A DNA stretch of 63,958 nt, the filler included, from Sphacelaria rigidula (taxonomy: Eukaryota): the NCBI GenBank assembly GCA_964200075.2. It is 10 parts of 10 records of this genome, joined end to end, with 100 filler letters (N's around TTAATTAATTAA, not from the genome) between each part and the next. Parts side by side here need not be neighbours in the genome. Positions count along the whole stretch, not along the records: positions 44,843 to 51,148 come from CAXNAA020020893.1; positions 51,249 to 57,553 come from CAXNAA020020894.1; positions 57,654 to 63,958 come from CAXNAA020020895.1; 7 more parts are not named here. One strand, written 5' to 3'. Below are positions 47,181 through 58,105 of the stretch, one piece after another. A program made the position numbers and the translations under genes. The notes under the pieces are model-generated. The model did no database searches, had not been told where the DNA came from, and saw only the letters and a list, made by a program, of their open reading frames with translations. Each line of letters begins with the position of its first letter. Position 1 is the stretch's first letter.

Positions 47181-48196
47181 CTGGCCGAGGTTTCGCAGGC
47201 AATACGGGGTGACGACAAAATTGGTGCTTCGTCAGAGTAGGTGTAGCACCGAAGCGCTGCAGTGGCGTGCTTGATGTTGTGTATTCTTCAACATAGACTC
47301 GTGCCGGGATGGCAATAGGAAGTACACGATTGGGACCGGGTCAGTGTCCGCCAAGTGAGGTGCCTTGCAGTATTGCCCGTGGTGTCTGTTCAATGAACTG
47401 ACTCTACCCTGCTGTTTGAGACGGCCCAACCGATAAGGCACGACGCCGTGCAGGGTACCGTTTAACTACCAAGCAGTCTTGTTGGGTCCATGTGTGCGCC
47501 AACGTGAGAAATTATGCCTTGATTCCACTACATAAATGCCCCCATTTGAAGGTTCCATAGTCTTTGCAGCCAACGGGAGGAATGATATTCATGATTGTGC
47601 CACATATTCAAGTGGGGATTGCATTGCCATGCTTCTCCGTTCAATATCTACCGCTGGGTTATTAGCGAGGATGTCAATACTGGTAGAGCACAGAAGGAGC
47701 AGTGCGGGTAGCTTCAGCTGAAATACTCCCACATTCGAGGATGGGGGACAATACTCTGAACAAAACGATAATGAAACCTGTTCCGCGGCACACACAACTG
47801 GGAGAATCGGTCGTAACACAGCGGGTATTGTACAAGTTAACTTCGCAGTCTTTGCAACATCCTCCTTCAACTGACGTGCTACAGCTTTCGCCTTCGGAGC
47901 TGGGGTCTCTTGAACTCGAGCAAGTGCACCGACGACGAACAATGTCTGAACGCAACAACCGATGCTGCGAGACGGATGCTTCATCCGATGAGTGCAAAGC
48001 GAATTTGGACACGAAGAAAGAGGCCTGACCCTAGAAGGTGGTGCTTTCACCACAGCACTGTGTCATACTCGGTGAAGGAGAACAGGACGCGACAAAAGAT
48101 TAAATCCCCTGACTGATGAAAAGCAATCTCTAACCCCACACTCAACCCCTTTGAGATAGTATACCCCAAAACGCAGGCATATGGGCGTGATCAGAC

Positions 48197-48390
48197 CTCA
48201 AAGGTCTCGAACTCTGCTCCCTTCCAGCCCAGGCCTCGGCTGACGTAAGCCCCCTTTGCCTTGAGCTCCATAGCAAGCATTTCTAATGCTCCGAGGCCCC
48301 TCTTCTCCATGTTCTCCTTGAACTCCTTGAACGAACAAAAGGGAGCGCGCACGCCCCACATTCCTAGTCGAGTGGCGTATGCCAAATTAC
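48197..48390 (-). CDS. SBNO: Strawberry notch homologue, exon
   Basis: NLAYATRLGMWG...F.EF...EKRGLGALEMLAMELKAKGAYVSR matches SBNO NMAYMNRLGIWG...ERRGVGAMEIVAMDMK.RG.Y.AR. Confidence 0.93.
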
Positions 48391-49383
48391 CTGCGTGGAC
48401 GGAGGCGTTTAATATCCAACGGCCCGAAAACACGGTGACGTGAAGTGAGCAAGCGTCAGGATTAGCCAGCTACTTATGTGAGAGACACAACGATCTTTTT
48501 TAAGAATACGGAGGGCGAAGCCATACTATCCACAGTCTTCTTGAAATATTTAGAGGAAAGGAAAAGGCGCATGTGACGCCCCCCAAAGAGACGGTCTACC
48601 TAGTGTGGTGCGCTAGCGTCTCCGTCTCAATCGAGGGAAGCGCACTTTTGATCGTATTCTCGTCACTGCCAAGCAAAAAATGGGTTTTAGACATGAGGGA
48701 CATTCATCCGAATGTGAAGAATACGTAGGCGCAGTCAGGTCGCGCATTTGTATCAACATCAACATACCGAAAAATGTGACTGGCAGGTAGTTCAAGAGTG
48801 CTAAGCTACAAGGAAGACGTGGCGTCGTAAAACGGAGTAATAGGTTGGTGCAGACTGAGTAAATTTCCACTTCGTTGGCAGTACGTTTCCCGGCCGGTGA
48901 TAGTTGCGCCCGTCTCCAAGAAGAGAACTTCCACCTGCTTTTTATATTTGTTCATGTCGTTGTCCCCTGAACGACGTCGCCCGCCATATAAACATTTCAG
49001 GGGTACTTCTCTTCACCTCTTGCGCTCCATGATGGAGCGTTTTTCCATGAGCATCAGCACTCCCGTAGCGACTTTCATGATCGAAAAACCGAATCTCTGC
49101 TAGGTCTCCTTCTCACGTTATGGAAACTACGGGAGTCAGGAGAAAGATTGCACTGCTGGGACTCGACCTGGACCAACAAATCCCGTTTACACCAGCGTGA
49201 CCTAAGTAGTGCACGTGTACCGCTGTGGTGCGGCTGCCTACTGTTTACGATTAAGTGTGAAAAGATCATTGTGCACGTCAAGATAGTCCACAGGTCAACT
49301 GAACCACCTTTTATTGAAGGCGAGCGAAGGGCCAGTGGTGATGCCGTACGATTGAATCAGTCACATAAGCGCTGCCACCCTAC

Positions 49384-49441
49384 CTATATCTGTGACACCA
49401 GTCGCTGAGCAGTACACCACCCTCGCCTTTGGAAGCAGTTC
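49384..49441 (-). CDS. SBNO: Strawberry notch homologue, exon
   Basis: ELLPKARVVYCSATG (helicase motif III, SAT). ag|GAA and G|gtaggg boundaries. Confidence 0.92.
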
Positions 49442-49967
49442 CTGGAATGATACCGAACGACGAAACAGCAGGTCATGCACGGTGCGGTGCCGTACAGTAC
49501 GGACGGACGTATTCAGCACATGAATCGTCACACACAACAACACAACAACACAACAATTTTGGTAGCAATGATGTCGGCAATAGCTTGCACGCCTGCAAGA
49601 GTCAGATGTCGACTCGTGATGCTGTGCTTTCATAGTCTATAACATTCCGAGATGCACTTCCCATTAAGAAGGTTTTGCACCGTGCACAACACCAATTGTA
49701 TTACGCAGCACCTCAACTCAACAGTCAACAGTCAACAGTCGACACAGAAATATGGCTGGAAACTTCACAGGATGCTGAACAAGCATAATGAATTCACAGG
49801 TGCTACTGTGGTGCAGTATCTGACGGAGCGCTATACCTCACATGCTATGGTGGGCAGAGGCGCAAGGAAACGCAAGAAAACGATATATATAATATAACAT
49901 AAATATTCGTGCATTTACCGGAACATTTGTTTTTGTTCTGTACAAGGCTAGTCTCTCCCCACTGTAC

Positions 49968-50091
49968 CTGAATCTTGATGACTGCTTGCGACATTTTTGT
50001 GGAATTTTCCTCTTTGACAGAGTTGAAGTTCTTTGCCTTGTGCGCCTCGTCGAACACCAGGCACCCGTCGAACGACTCGCCGCCACCACAC
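49968..50091 (-). CDS. SBNO: Strawberry notch homologue, exon (DExH motif II)
   Basis: CGGGESFDGCLVFDEAHKAKN...STKMSQAVIKIQ matches SBNO WCG..FDG.IVFDECHKAKN. Confidence 0.93.
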
Positions 50092-50740
50092 CTTGCGTTT
50101 GTCAATAATGATTGTCGCGAGCGAGGGCGGCTAAAATCACCATGACCAATGACCAAAACAACGGTACGCCGAAAAGACGACCGCTCTAGCATCCGATGGC
50201 ACCTCCATTGATGGTCACACCGGGTACACTACACTCGTACGGTACAACGAAGACGTCAAGGGATGCTTCAGCCATGACGCAACGAGAGGTACAGGCAAAT
50301 TAGAAGGCGGCTCACGGCGATGCAAGGGAGCGCGCCCGTAAAATAAGAACAGCAGGATAATGAGGTCCGTTGTACGGGTACCATCTCGTTCCATCGTTCA
50401 ACTGTTACGGAATATGTCGTTTGTGTACGCATTCGGGTGGACGCTAACACAAGTGCAACATCATTAGCGAAACCATGTTAAAGATCGCGCTAGTGTGTCC
50501 TCAACGTCGCCAGCAAGGCTAGGTGAGGTCGAGCTCTCATCTTATTTTTGTGTCCTCCGGAAATGACATGTACCAAACATGCTACTTGGAGATGTGATAT
50601 TGCCAAATCTGCAGAAAATGTCCTTATCCATTCTAGGTATGACTCCATCGCTACTGAGCAATAAGCTAACGCTTTGTGACCGCGCGCAAAATCGAGATCT
50701 CGCAGTTTATGAACATGGCCTATGTTTAACTTTGACTCAC

Positions 50741-50800
50741 CAGTCCACCAGCTGGTCCAACCTACTTCGTTTCCCAGCCTTGCAGGAACCTGCCAGCGTG
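50741..50800 (-). CDS. SBNO: Strawberry notch homologue, exon
   Basis: gacag|C-TLAGSCKAGKRSRLDQLVDW|gtgagt matches SBNO TYS.L......TRL.QL..W. Phase is compatible with the next exon. Confidence 0.88.
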
Positions 50801-52337
50801 CTGTCACAAAAAAAAAGTGAGGAGAAAATCGACGAAAAGGGGAACCCATCAACAAGTGCAAACTGCAGGCTCTCTATACAAAACGCAGTTGCCAAGAGCT
50901 GGACGGAGGCGGCGACAATGGTGAACTCCACCGAAAAAAATAAAAGGGGCGGGGGGCTTAAGTTGATTCATTGGTGGATTGATTGTCGCACTTTGACTGA
51001 CCCCCCAGGGGTCATGATCCAGCCGTGGTCACATGATGCACGTACCCAACACGAAACAAAACTGAAGTCCTTGCTGCAAAAAAAAAAAAAAAAACAGAAA
51101 AAGGAGAACAGAACATCATGGTGAACAAAGACAAAGAAAAGAAAAAAANNNNNNNNNNNNNNNNNNNNNNNNNNNNNNNNNNNNNNNNNNNNTTAATTAA
51201 TTAANNNNNNNNNNNNNNNNNNNNNNNNNNNNNNNNNNNNNNNNNNNNAGACCATTGACCTCGCATCCCTACAATGCCGGGACGGAGCACGCCGGGTTTT
51301 CGCCGGACCAGGTTGCCTGCGGGGGGATCGCTGTCTGAGCAATAACCCCTAGAGAGCGAGCGTAGGTCATCTGTTGAATCGGGCATCAAGCTAACTCAAC
51401 AAAACATGAATGATTCAGATGGACTACCCTTGCGATCGAAGGGTCAATCACCAGCATAAGAGTGAGGTGGGTGAACCGGATATGAGGTCCGATTCTCGTT
51501 ATTCACGCTCAAATCAAGTTGCCTTTAACTCATGAAAAAGAACAACTTTGGGTCAATGCATACTTTTTGTTAATCATGCCTTATTCATTGTCCATACAAA
51601 AAATCAGGGTCCAACTCTTAAATTGATCCGAGAATGTGCCGTTTTGAAACCGAGCCGGTCTAGGTCACCCCCCGAAAAAAAAGAAAATGAATAAAGAGAG
51701 TGAAAAAAGCTGCTTCTTGAAATTTTGTTATGCCCTAGCGTTTTTCCATACGAAATTTCAAAGCACAACTCTCAAAAACTGAGACGCGACATCCAGATTT
51801 AGTGTATTTCGTGCCTAGTGTATTTCTTGCCTATTAATAATGTATTTCTTGCCTCTGCTCGTAAGATATTGAATTCAGCATGGAACCTTAGCTGCGCCAT
51901 ATCTCGAGATAGATGACGAATTGGGTGAAGGTGAGGGTATCCATCATTTCCCCGTGCTCCAGAATATGTCCACACCAAAATCGTCATCATCTGCTGTATA
52001 TTTCGTTTGGGGTTTCATACAGACCATAGTACAGACGCTATCTCCGTACGGTACAGGAATGACTAGAGACATGGGATTTAATCAACGGGGAAAAATGGCC
52101 CAGATTTTTTAGCAGATGGGCACCTTCCCCTTGATTAGACGATCAATACGATATGCGGATCACGGCCCAAGTTGTCTGTGTCGATGAGAGATTGCTTCGA
52201 GAGCTTAAACCCGTCCCAAGGCCGGACCAGCCTGTAGGTTTGCGCACGCTGTGCGGCCATCTGGAACTACAACCCCCCCCACCCAATATATTTACATGTC
52301 TCACATGCGTTAGTCTACATCAAATCCAACTTATTCC

Positions 52338-52443
52338 TTAACCCTTAGACCGCGAGGTTAGTCTTCTGTTGAATCGGCATCAATTTCAAGTGGAAAAGAG
52401 TACGCATGATCCAGAAAGACTGATCTCGCGGTCTAAGGGTTAA
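52338..52443. mobile_element. piggyBac-type ~100-bp MITE with TTAA duplication
   Basis: TTAA-CCCTTAGACCGCG ... CGCGGTCTAAGGG-TTAA. Further copies at ~51345-51446, 52471-52580, 53313-53360, 53364-53470, 53587-53702, 53993-54093 and 54720-54831. Confidence 0.85.
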
Positions 52444-52574
52444 CCATGAATTTTGTCGACCGGTACGCATTGACCCTCACGCATAGACGGCGAGAGTTGG
52501 GCATCTGTCGAATCGGCATCGGTTTCACTTGAAGACATTATACACGATCTAGATGGATCACTCTCGCGGCCAAG

Positions 52575-53300
52575 GGTCAACTGCTGAGTCCATATGAAAG
52601 GACGGCATACCGTACAAGACTGACTACACAAGTATATATTGTTCGGATTGCAATCTTTCCTACTCGTAGCCTCTCTGTCACGGACCCGAATGTTCTGATG
52701 CCGATTGATATTTTGGAATGGAAATTTGGTTTGCAGGAGATGGTGATGCTAGTGCATCGGGGTCCAGGATAAAGGAGTGACCTGACGAACTGTACGTAAA
52801 AAATGGTTGGTACAATGGAGATGCCGCCAATTCTAACGCTAACCCTAACCCTGACCCCGACCAAGGCATACCGAGAACCCTCGGGCAAGGGTGTGGAGAG
52901 TGTTCCCCATGCATGGCGTGCGTTGCCAGAGCTAAAATCGACGCCTTTGGACGGAAACACGTTCTGGACGAGCGGGGTCTACTGCTCACCACTGCTCACC
53001 TGCCCCAGACCATGAATTTTCTCAGAATTTCGTTCATTCTGAAATCAAGTAAAATCGAGTACCAACCATTGTTTACGTACAGTTCGTAAGGTCCACTGCT
53101 TAGGTCAACTGCTGAGTTCATATGAGAGGACGACATACCGTACAAGACCGACTATACCAGTATATATTTTTCGGACTGCAATCTTTCCTACTCGTAGCCT
53201 CTCTCTCACAGACCCGAACGTTCTGATGCCGATTGATATTTTGGAATGGAAATTTGGTTTGCAGGAGATCGTGATGCTAGTACATCGGGGTCCAGGACAA
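52575..53300 (+). repeat. ~200-bp direct repeats (52575-52775 and 53103-53300)
   Basis: GGTCAACTGCTGAGT.CATATGA...GGTCCAGGA.AAAG duplicated with few differences, about 330 bp apart. Confidence 0.85.
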
Positions 53301-53698
53301 AGAGCTAGCTGCACCCTCTCACCGCCAGGGCGGGTCATCTATTGAATCGGCATCATATCCACTCAACCCTTAGACCGCGATGCGGGTAGCCTCCATCTGG
53401 ATCACGCATACTATCCCCAGTAAAATTGATGCCGACTCGGCAGGTGACCTACCCTCGCGGCCAAAGGGTTGAAGTGTGAATGCAACACCCAAATCACCCG
53501 CCCTGGCTGTCAGAGGGTCAGCAGCTGTATATACTCGTACAGTATCCTTCGAGCAAGAGTGATTTACCGTTCATTCGGAGGAGCTTTTAACCCTTTGAAT
53601 GCGAGGGTACATCATCTGCTGAATCGACATCAATATTCACTTGAAAAGTATGGGTGATCCAGATGGACTACCCCCACCGCGTTCCAAGGGCGAAAGGG

Positions 53699-53824
53699 TT
53701 AACCCTTTGGGAACCAATTTAACGATTTTTGTTCTTATGAACGGCATCATTTTGACTTGAAAATGAATGAAAATGATGCGGATTCACGAAAATAAAGATC
53801 GTCAATGGGTTCCAAAACGGTTAA
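53699..53824. mobile_element. Second TTAA-flanked hairpin MITE subtype
   Basis: TTAA-CCCTTTGGGAACC ... GGTTCCAAAACGG-TTAA. Shares its left TTAA with the preceding MITE. Confidence 0.65.
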
Positions 53825-55124
53825 CAGCGCAACAGCTGTACAGGTATATTTACATATCGGAAGACAACACGGAATTTGAAAAATAGGTATTCGTACAGCA
53901 TCCTTTGGCAAAGGCGATACAGCATTCGTTCGGAACATTTTCTGACAGTGGCACTAATTTTCTTCCGTATTTTCGGCATGCTGTGAGGTTATCCCTTAGA
54001 CCGCGAGGGTAGTCTTCTCTGGATCATGCATACTTTTTTCAAGTGAAATTGATGCCGATTCAACAGATGACCTACTCTCGCTGTCGAAGGGTTATGTGTG
54101 CCACAGCACATAATTTTTTTATCGTAAATATGCGGTTGTCGCTCTTGTCACTGCTGCTGTTGTTGTTGTTGTTGTTCATTTGTTGTCTTCACATTAAAAA
54201 CCGTTCCCATGTCTGCGCGATACATTCGTACTGGGCATCTGATGCGGACGCCTTCCGTGGTCACAGGCTAGCTATATGTAATAAGGTATGAGGAAATCAA
54301 ACGGCGGAGAAGGAAAAATCTGATTTGAACAGGTCGTGATTTCCAACTATCGTAATTTATGCTAACGATGGTTGAAATCAAGATTTAACAGATCGGAATT
54401 ACTGTGCTTTCCACCGCATTTTTTTTAATTGAAAAATAATGGGCTATGAGGGCCTGTCTTAGCACTTTTTTTTCGATCGAAAATGTGGGGTGGAAAACAA
54501 AAATCCTGATCTGATAGGTCATGATTTCAACCATCTTCAAAATAAACGACGATGGTTGAAATTACGGCCTATCAGATCAGTATTTTGTTTTCCACCGCAA
54601 TTTTTCGATCGAAAACCCATGTGCCAAGACACGCCCTGAGACACCCCCTGAGACGTCAAATCTCTCATGCCCACCCACAAACACGGGCGGTTTCATAAAA
54701 AAAAGTAAGGCCGTCTTTCAACCCTTGCACCGACCGCTATGGGGGTAATCCACCTGAATCACACATACTTTCTCAAGTGAAATTGATGCCGATTCGTGGT
54801 AGGTGACCTACCCTCGCGGCCAAAGGTTTAATCAAACAGGGGGAGAAAGGTGACAGTGATTTCGTGAGAGAGATAGCGCAATGACGATTTACAACTTCAG
54901 TTATCACATCACGGTACTGCGTACATTGAAATGTACCAAGGGTCGGACAAATAATGATTCGTCTGGAAATTACTTGGTTTNNNNNNNNNNAGACACGTGG
55001 AATGGCGCAAAAGTCGCGTGCATATCCCTTGGACCAGCGGTCAACTTTTTTCTCCCTTTTGGGCAGACAGGCCGAAGAAATTGTGGATTTGGTGATTCAA
55101 ACCCGTGATATTTCGTCCCAACCG

Positions 55125-56217
55125 TGAAATGTACCGCCTGTTGTTCCTGTACCGTAGAACAGACAGTGATGTGTACAAAAATATCATCGTACCCTGTACT
55201 CTACTGATGAATGTTGCTCCAGCCGTCAAGCTTGCATCGTAACCAGCTACTCTATTGTCTGCTGCGTACTCTACCGCACTAAAACACCCAAGTGTTTGCA
55301 AACGGCACTGTTATACTGCTGTACCGTGGACGATTAAGCTGTATGCTGTGGATCCGTCACGTTGTCTACTGTCAATGCATATATGTGCTGCTCATACTCC
55401 ACCTTTGACGAGTGCCATACACAGCAGTGCAGTAACACCGCACGACTCTGAAGAAACCTCAGTGAGTTTTTCCCGTGCTATTTCGTAGCTGGACCGCTGT
55501 GAGTGGACTAATAAGTGGAACCGCGCGCTGTGGTGGTCGCAAGCCGCACGTGCTCTCTTTCTCTCTCTGCGTACCATGTGATGCTCAGCAGGCAGTGTGA
55601 ACAGTTCGTGGTAGGTCATGCAGATAAAAACAACTTCGCGCACAGAGCCGATGCTCAGCGGGCAGGAGTGAACAGCTCGCGGTAGGTGATCAGATCAACA
55701 CAGCCGCATGCACAGAGCTGATGCTCAGCGGGCAGGGGTGAACAGCTTGCGATAGGTACTGCAGATCAACACAGCCGCACGTACAGAGCTGATGCTTAGC
55801 GGGGAGGCTGAGGAGACCACTAGAGCGGGCGGTTACACTCTGTCCGGTCTCAGGGGTCCAGCTGTGAGACAGCACGGAAAGGACTTACAGGCAGTTTCTT
55901 CATCGTCCGGCAGTACTACAGTACTGTGTATGGGAGCACTACTCATCAGAGGTGGAGTATGAACAGCACATATATATATATATATACAACAGCGGTAGTA
56001 GACAGCGTGACGGATCTACAGCGTACAGTAGTAAAATAAAAATGGTATCGTGCAAACACTTGGGTGTTTAGTGCGGTAGAATACACAGACGGTGTAGCTG
56101 GTTACGGTGCAAACTTGACGGCTCGAACAACGGTCATCAGTAGAGTACAGGGTACGATAGTATTTTCGTACACCGTCGTCTGTACTACGGTACAGGAACA
56201 ACAGGCGGTACATTTCA
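55125..56217. mobile_element. ~1.1-kb foldback/Mutator-like element with ~300-bp TIRs and internal 70-bp tandem repeats
   Basis: TGAAATGTACCGCCTGTTGTTCCTGTACCGTAG (55125) vs CTACGGTACAGGAACAACAGGCGGTACATTTCA (ending 56217). Arms ~55125-55420 and 55935-56217. GATGCTCAGC-initiated 70-bp units at 55580-55803. No TSD found. Confidence 0.8.
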
Positions 56218-56582
56218 AAGTATGCAGCACAGTCATTTGCAGGCGGGTCAGAAGGTAGGCTCGCATTTCGCAGCAGGGCTGCGGTCGGTGTACAGTAGTG
56301 CTTTTATCTCATTACACGTGCAGCTGTGCCGATCTACATGCCCGCTTTTGCATCACGCTGAGCACCACGTGTACAGCTGTGCACAAGCGCCCCAAACAAA
56401 AGAAGCAGGCTGAGAGTCCGTCGGAGTCTGTACCTTTTTCTGTCGGTAGTACAAGACCGATAGAAGGTATCGGGTGGATCCTTATTCCTCTCCCCTCTGG
56501 GTGCCATTAGAGTTTTTGCACAGTGAAAACGGAGGCGCCGTTCCTATCGATGGGTGAAAAAAAGTGATAAATGCTGAAAATA

Positions 56583-56889
56583 CAGTGAACAACGTATTCG
56601 TGAGATTGAGAGTAGAGCACCGATTGAGAGTAGCTTTGATCATTCGCTCTGACTCAGCCATTTTTGTATTCCGTATGTGGTTCTTTTTGCCTCCATCACT
56701 AGCGTGTGCCTACAGCTGTACGTCGATATCCTACTCAGGGATATCGAGAGCCTCAGTGGCAAGTTACTGCAGAAAGTATATTGGGCATCGTTCGGGAGCA
56801 TTTCGGAACTGAAACGATTCATTCACTCATTGACAGCTTTTCACTCTCAATCGTATAATCTTTACTCTCAATCTCACGAAAACGTTGTT
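56583..56889. mobile_element. ~300-bp MITE (TTCGTGAGATTGAGAGTA TIR family)
   Basis: AACAACGTATTCGTGAGATTGAGAGTA (56588-56614) vs TACTCTCAATCTCACGAAAACGTTGTT (56863-56889), one mismatch. Confidence 0.8.
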
Positions 56890-57262
56890 AGTGACGGTAA
56901 CAACACGCAAACAGACCAGCGATTTCTAGCAGGGCGGCAATCATGCGCAAGGGGTATGGGCATTGTCGCAGGTCAAAACGCAGACCGCCTCCCGCACGAG
57001 CAGCGGCAGCAGCAGCAGCAGCAGCAGCAGCATCTTTCCTTCCAGCAGATGTGTACGGCTGGGGGTGGGCCCGAATCAGCTTGTGCCGATGCTGCTGCTT
57101 CCGCTGCTCTTCCTCGTGCGAGAAACGAGGAATACTAGTGCCAAAACTTGTAAAAATTGAACATTTGTTTGCGAAAAGTCTATCAGCTCCATAAAATCCA
57201 AAGGTATCGTAATGATTTCTTCATCTGACTGTTGCGGCAGCAGTCGCCACACACGCACCCAC

Positions 57263-57434
57263 CTTCATCTTTCGCGTGACATGGTTATACAGGTAAACGA
57301 GAGAGTGCGGCGTGACGCCTTGCAGCTGCGACGCGGCAGCGAAGGTCTCGGGCTTTGCCGCCCTGAGCTTCTCCAACTCCTCAGAAGACATCGACGGGAG
57401 CTCGGCATGAGTGTACTCCAGATCAACAGGGATC
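57263..57434 (-). CDS. MTO1: tRNA uridine-34 modification enzyme MTO1/MnmG (GidA), near-C-terminal exon
   Basis: Translated by hand; absent from the ORF track. caccag|G-IPVDLEYTHAELPSMSSEELEKLRAAKPETFAAASQLQGVTPHSLVYLYNHVTRKMK|gtgggt matches the GidA C-terminal P.D.DY....LS.E..EKL...RP.T...AS.I.GVTP. Confidence 0.88.
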
Positions 57435-57653
57435 CTGGTGCAAGAGCAAAATAAGACGAAGAGAGAAAGAGGGGCGGGAGGTGGGGGGGGGGGAAATTAA
57501 AATTTAGTGTTTAAAATACACGACATGAGAAGCAGTGAACAAGATACAAAAAANNNNNNNNNNNNNNNNNNNNNNNNNNNNNNNNNNNNNNNNNNNNTTA
57601 ATTAATTAANNNNNNNNNNNNNNNNNNNNNNNNNNNNNNNNNNNNNNNNNNNN

Positions 57654-57717
57654 AGAAAACTGGCCAGTCAGCGCTGACTTGTCAGTAGTCTAGTTAGTTG
57701 TCTCGTGAGCCGTCACA
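57654..57717. repeat. TGTGACG palindrome family, right half
   Basis: CAGTCAGCGCTGACTTGTCAGTAGTCTAGTTAGTTGTCTCGTGAGCCGTCACA at the scaffold start. Confidence 0.8.
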
Positions 57718-57752
57718 AAAGTTAGTCGCTGGTTCGATTCCCGTCGGACGCA
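57718..57752 (+). other. tRNA-like 3' half (B box), probably a SINE head or tRNA pseudogene fragment
   Basis: GTCGCTGGTTCGATTCCCGTCGGACGCA with a canonical B box GGTTCGATTCC. No 5' half. Confidence 0.55.
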
Positions 57753-57989
57753 CTTTCTTCGAAGAAAAAGAGGAGAGAAAACTTCTGTGGAGAAATTGGC
57801 CCGAAAGACAAAGGGAGGGGCGTAGCCTGGTGCTTATGTGTGGAGTGTATTGCTAATGACTCCAGTGCACGCTCTCTTGGAACGAGAGGGGGAAACGAGG
57901 AAGTCTAGGGTACATACGGTGTAAGTGACAACACTAGGTCCTGTTGGCAGTCGTTACAGCGCTGGCAAAGGTCGTCACCCTCCCCGGAG

Positions 57990-58026
57990 TGGAAATGACG
58001 GGGATCAAACCCCCACAACGTACATT
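57990..58026 (-). other. Degenerate tRNA-Ala-like 3' half
   Basis: Minus strand GGGTTTGATCCCCGTCATTTCCA resembles the tRNA-Ala 3' end GGGTTCGATCCCCGGCATCTCCA. Confidence 0.45.
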
Positions 58027-58105
58027 TGTGACGATTTAAGAGATAACCAACTAGACTACTGACATGACAGCTGGCTAGACTACTGACCAGTCTTAAACCG
58101 TCACA
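58027..58105. repeat. TGTGACG...CGTCACA element, rearranged interior
   Basis: TGTGACGATTTAAGAGATAACCAACTAGACTACTGAC ... TCTTAAACCGTCACA. No TSD. Confidence 0.8.

Noticed and set aside
57718..57752. Functional tRNA gene
   Set aside because: Only the T-arm and 3' acceptor strand are present, with stem mismatches. No A box or D arm.
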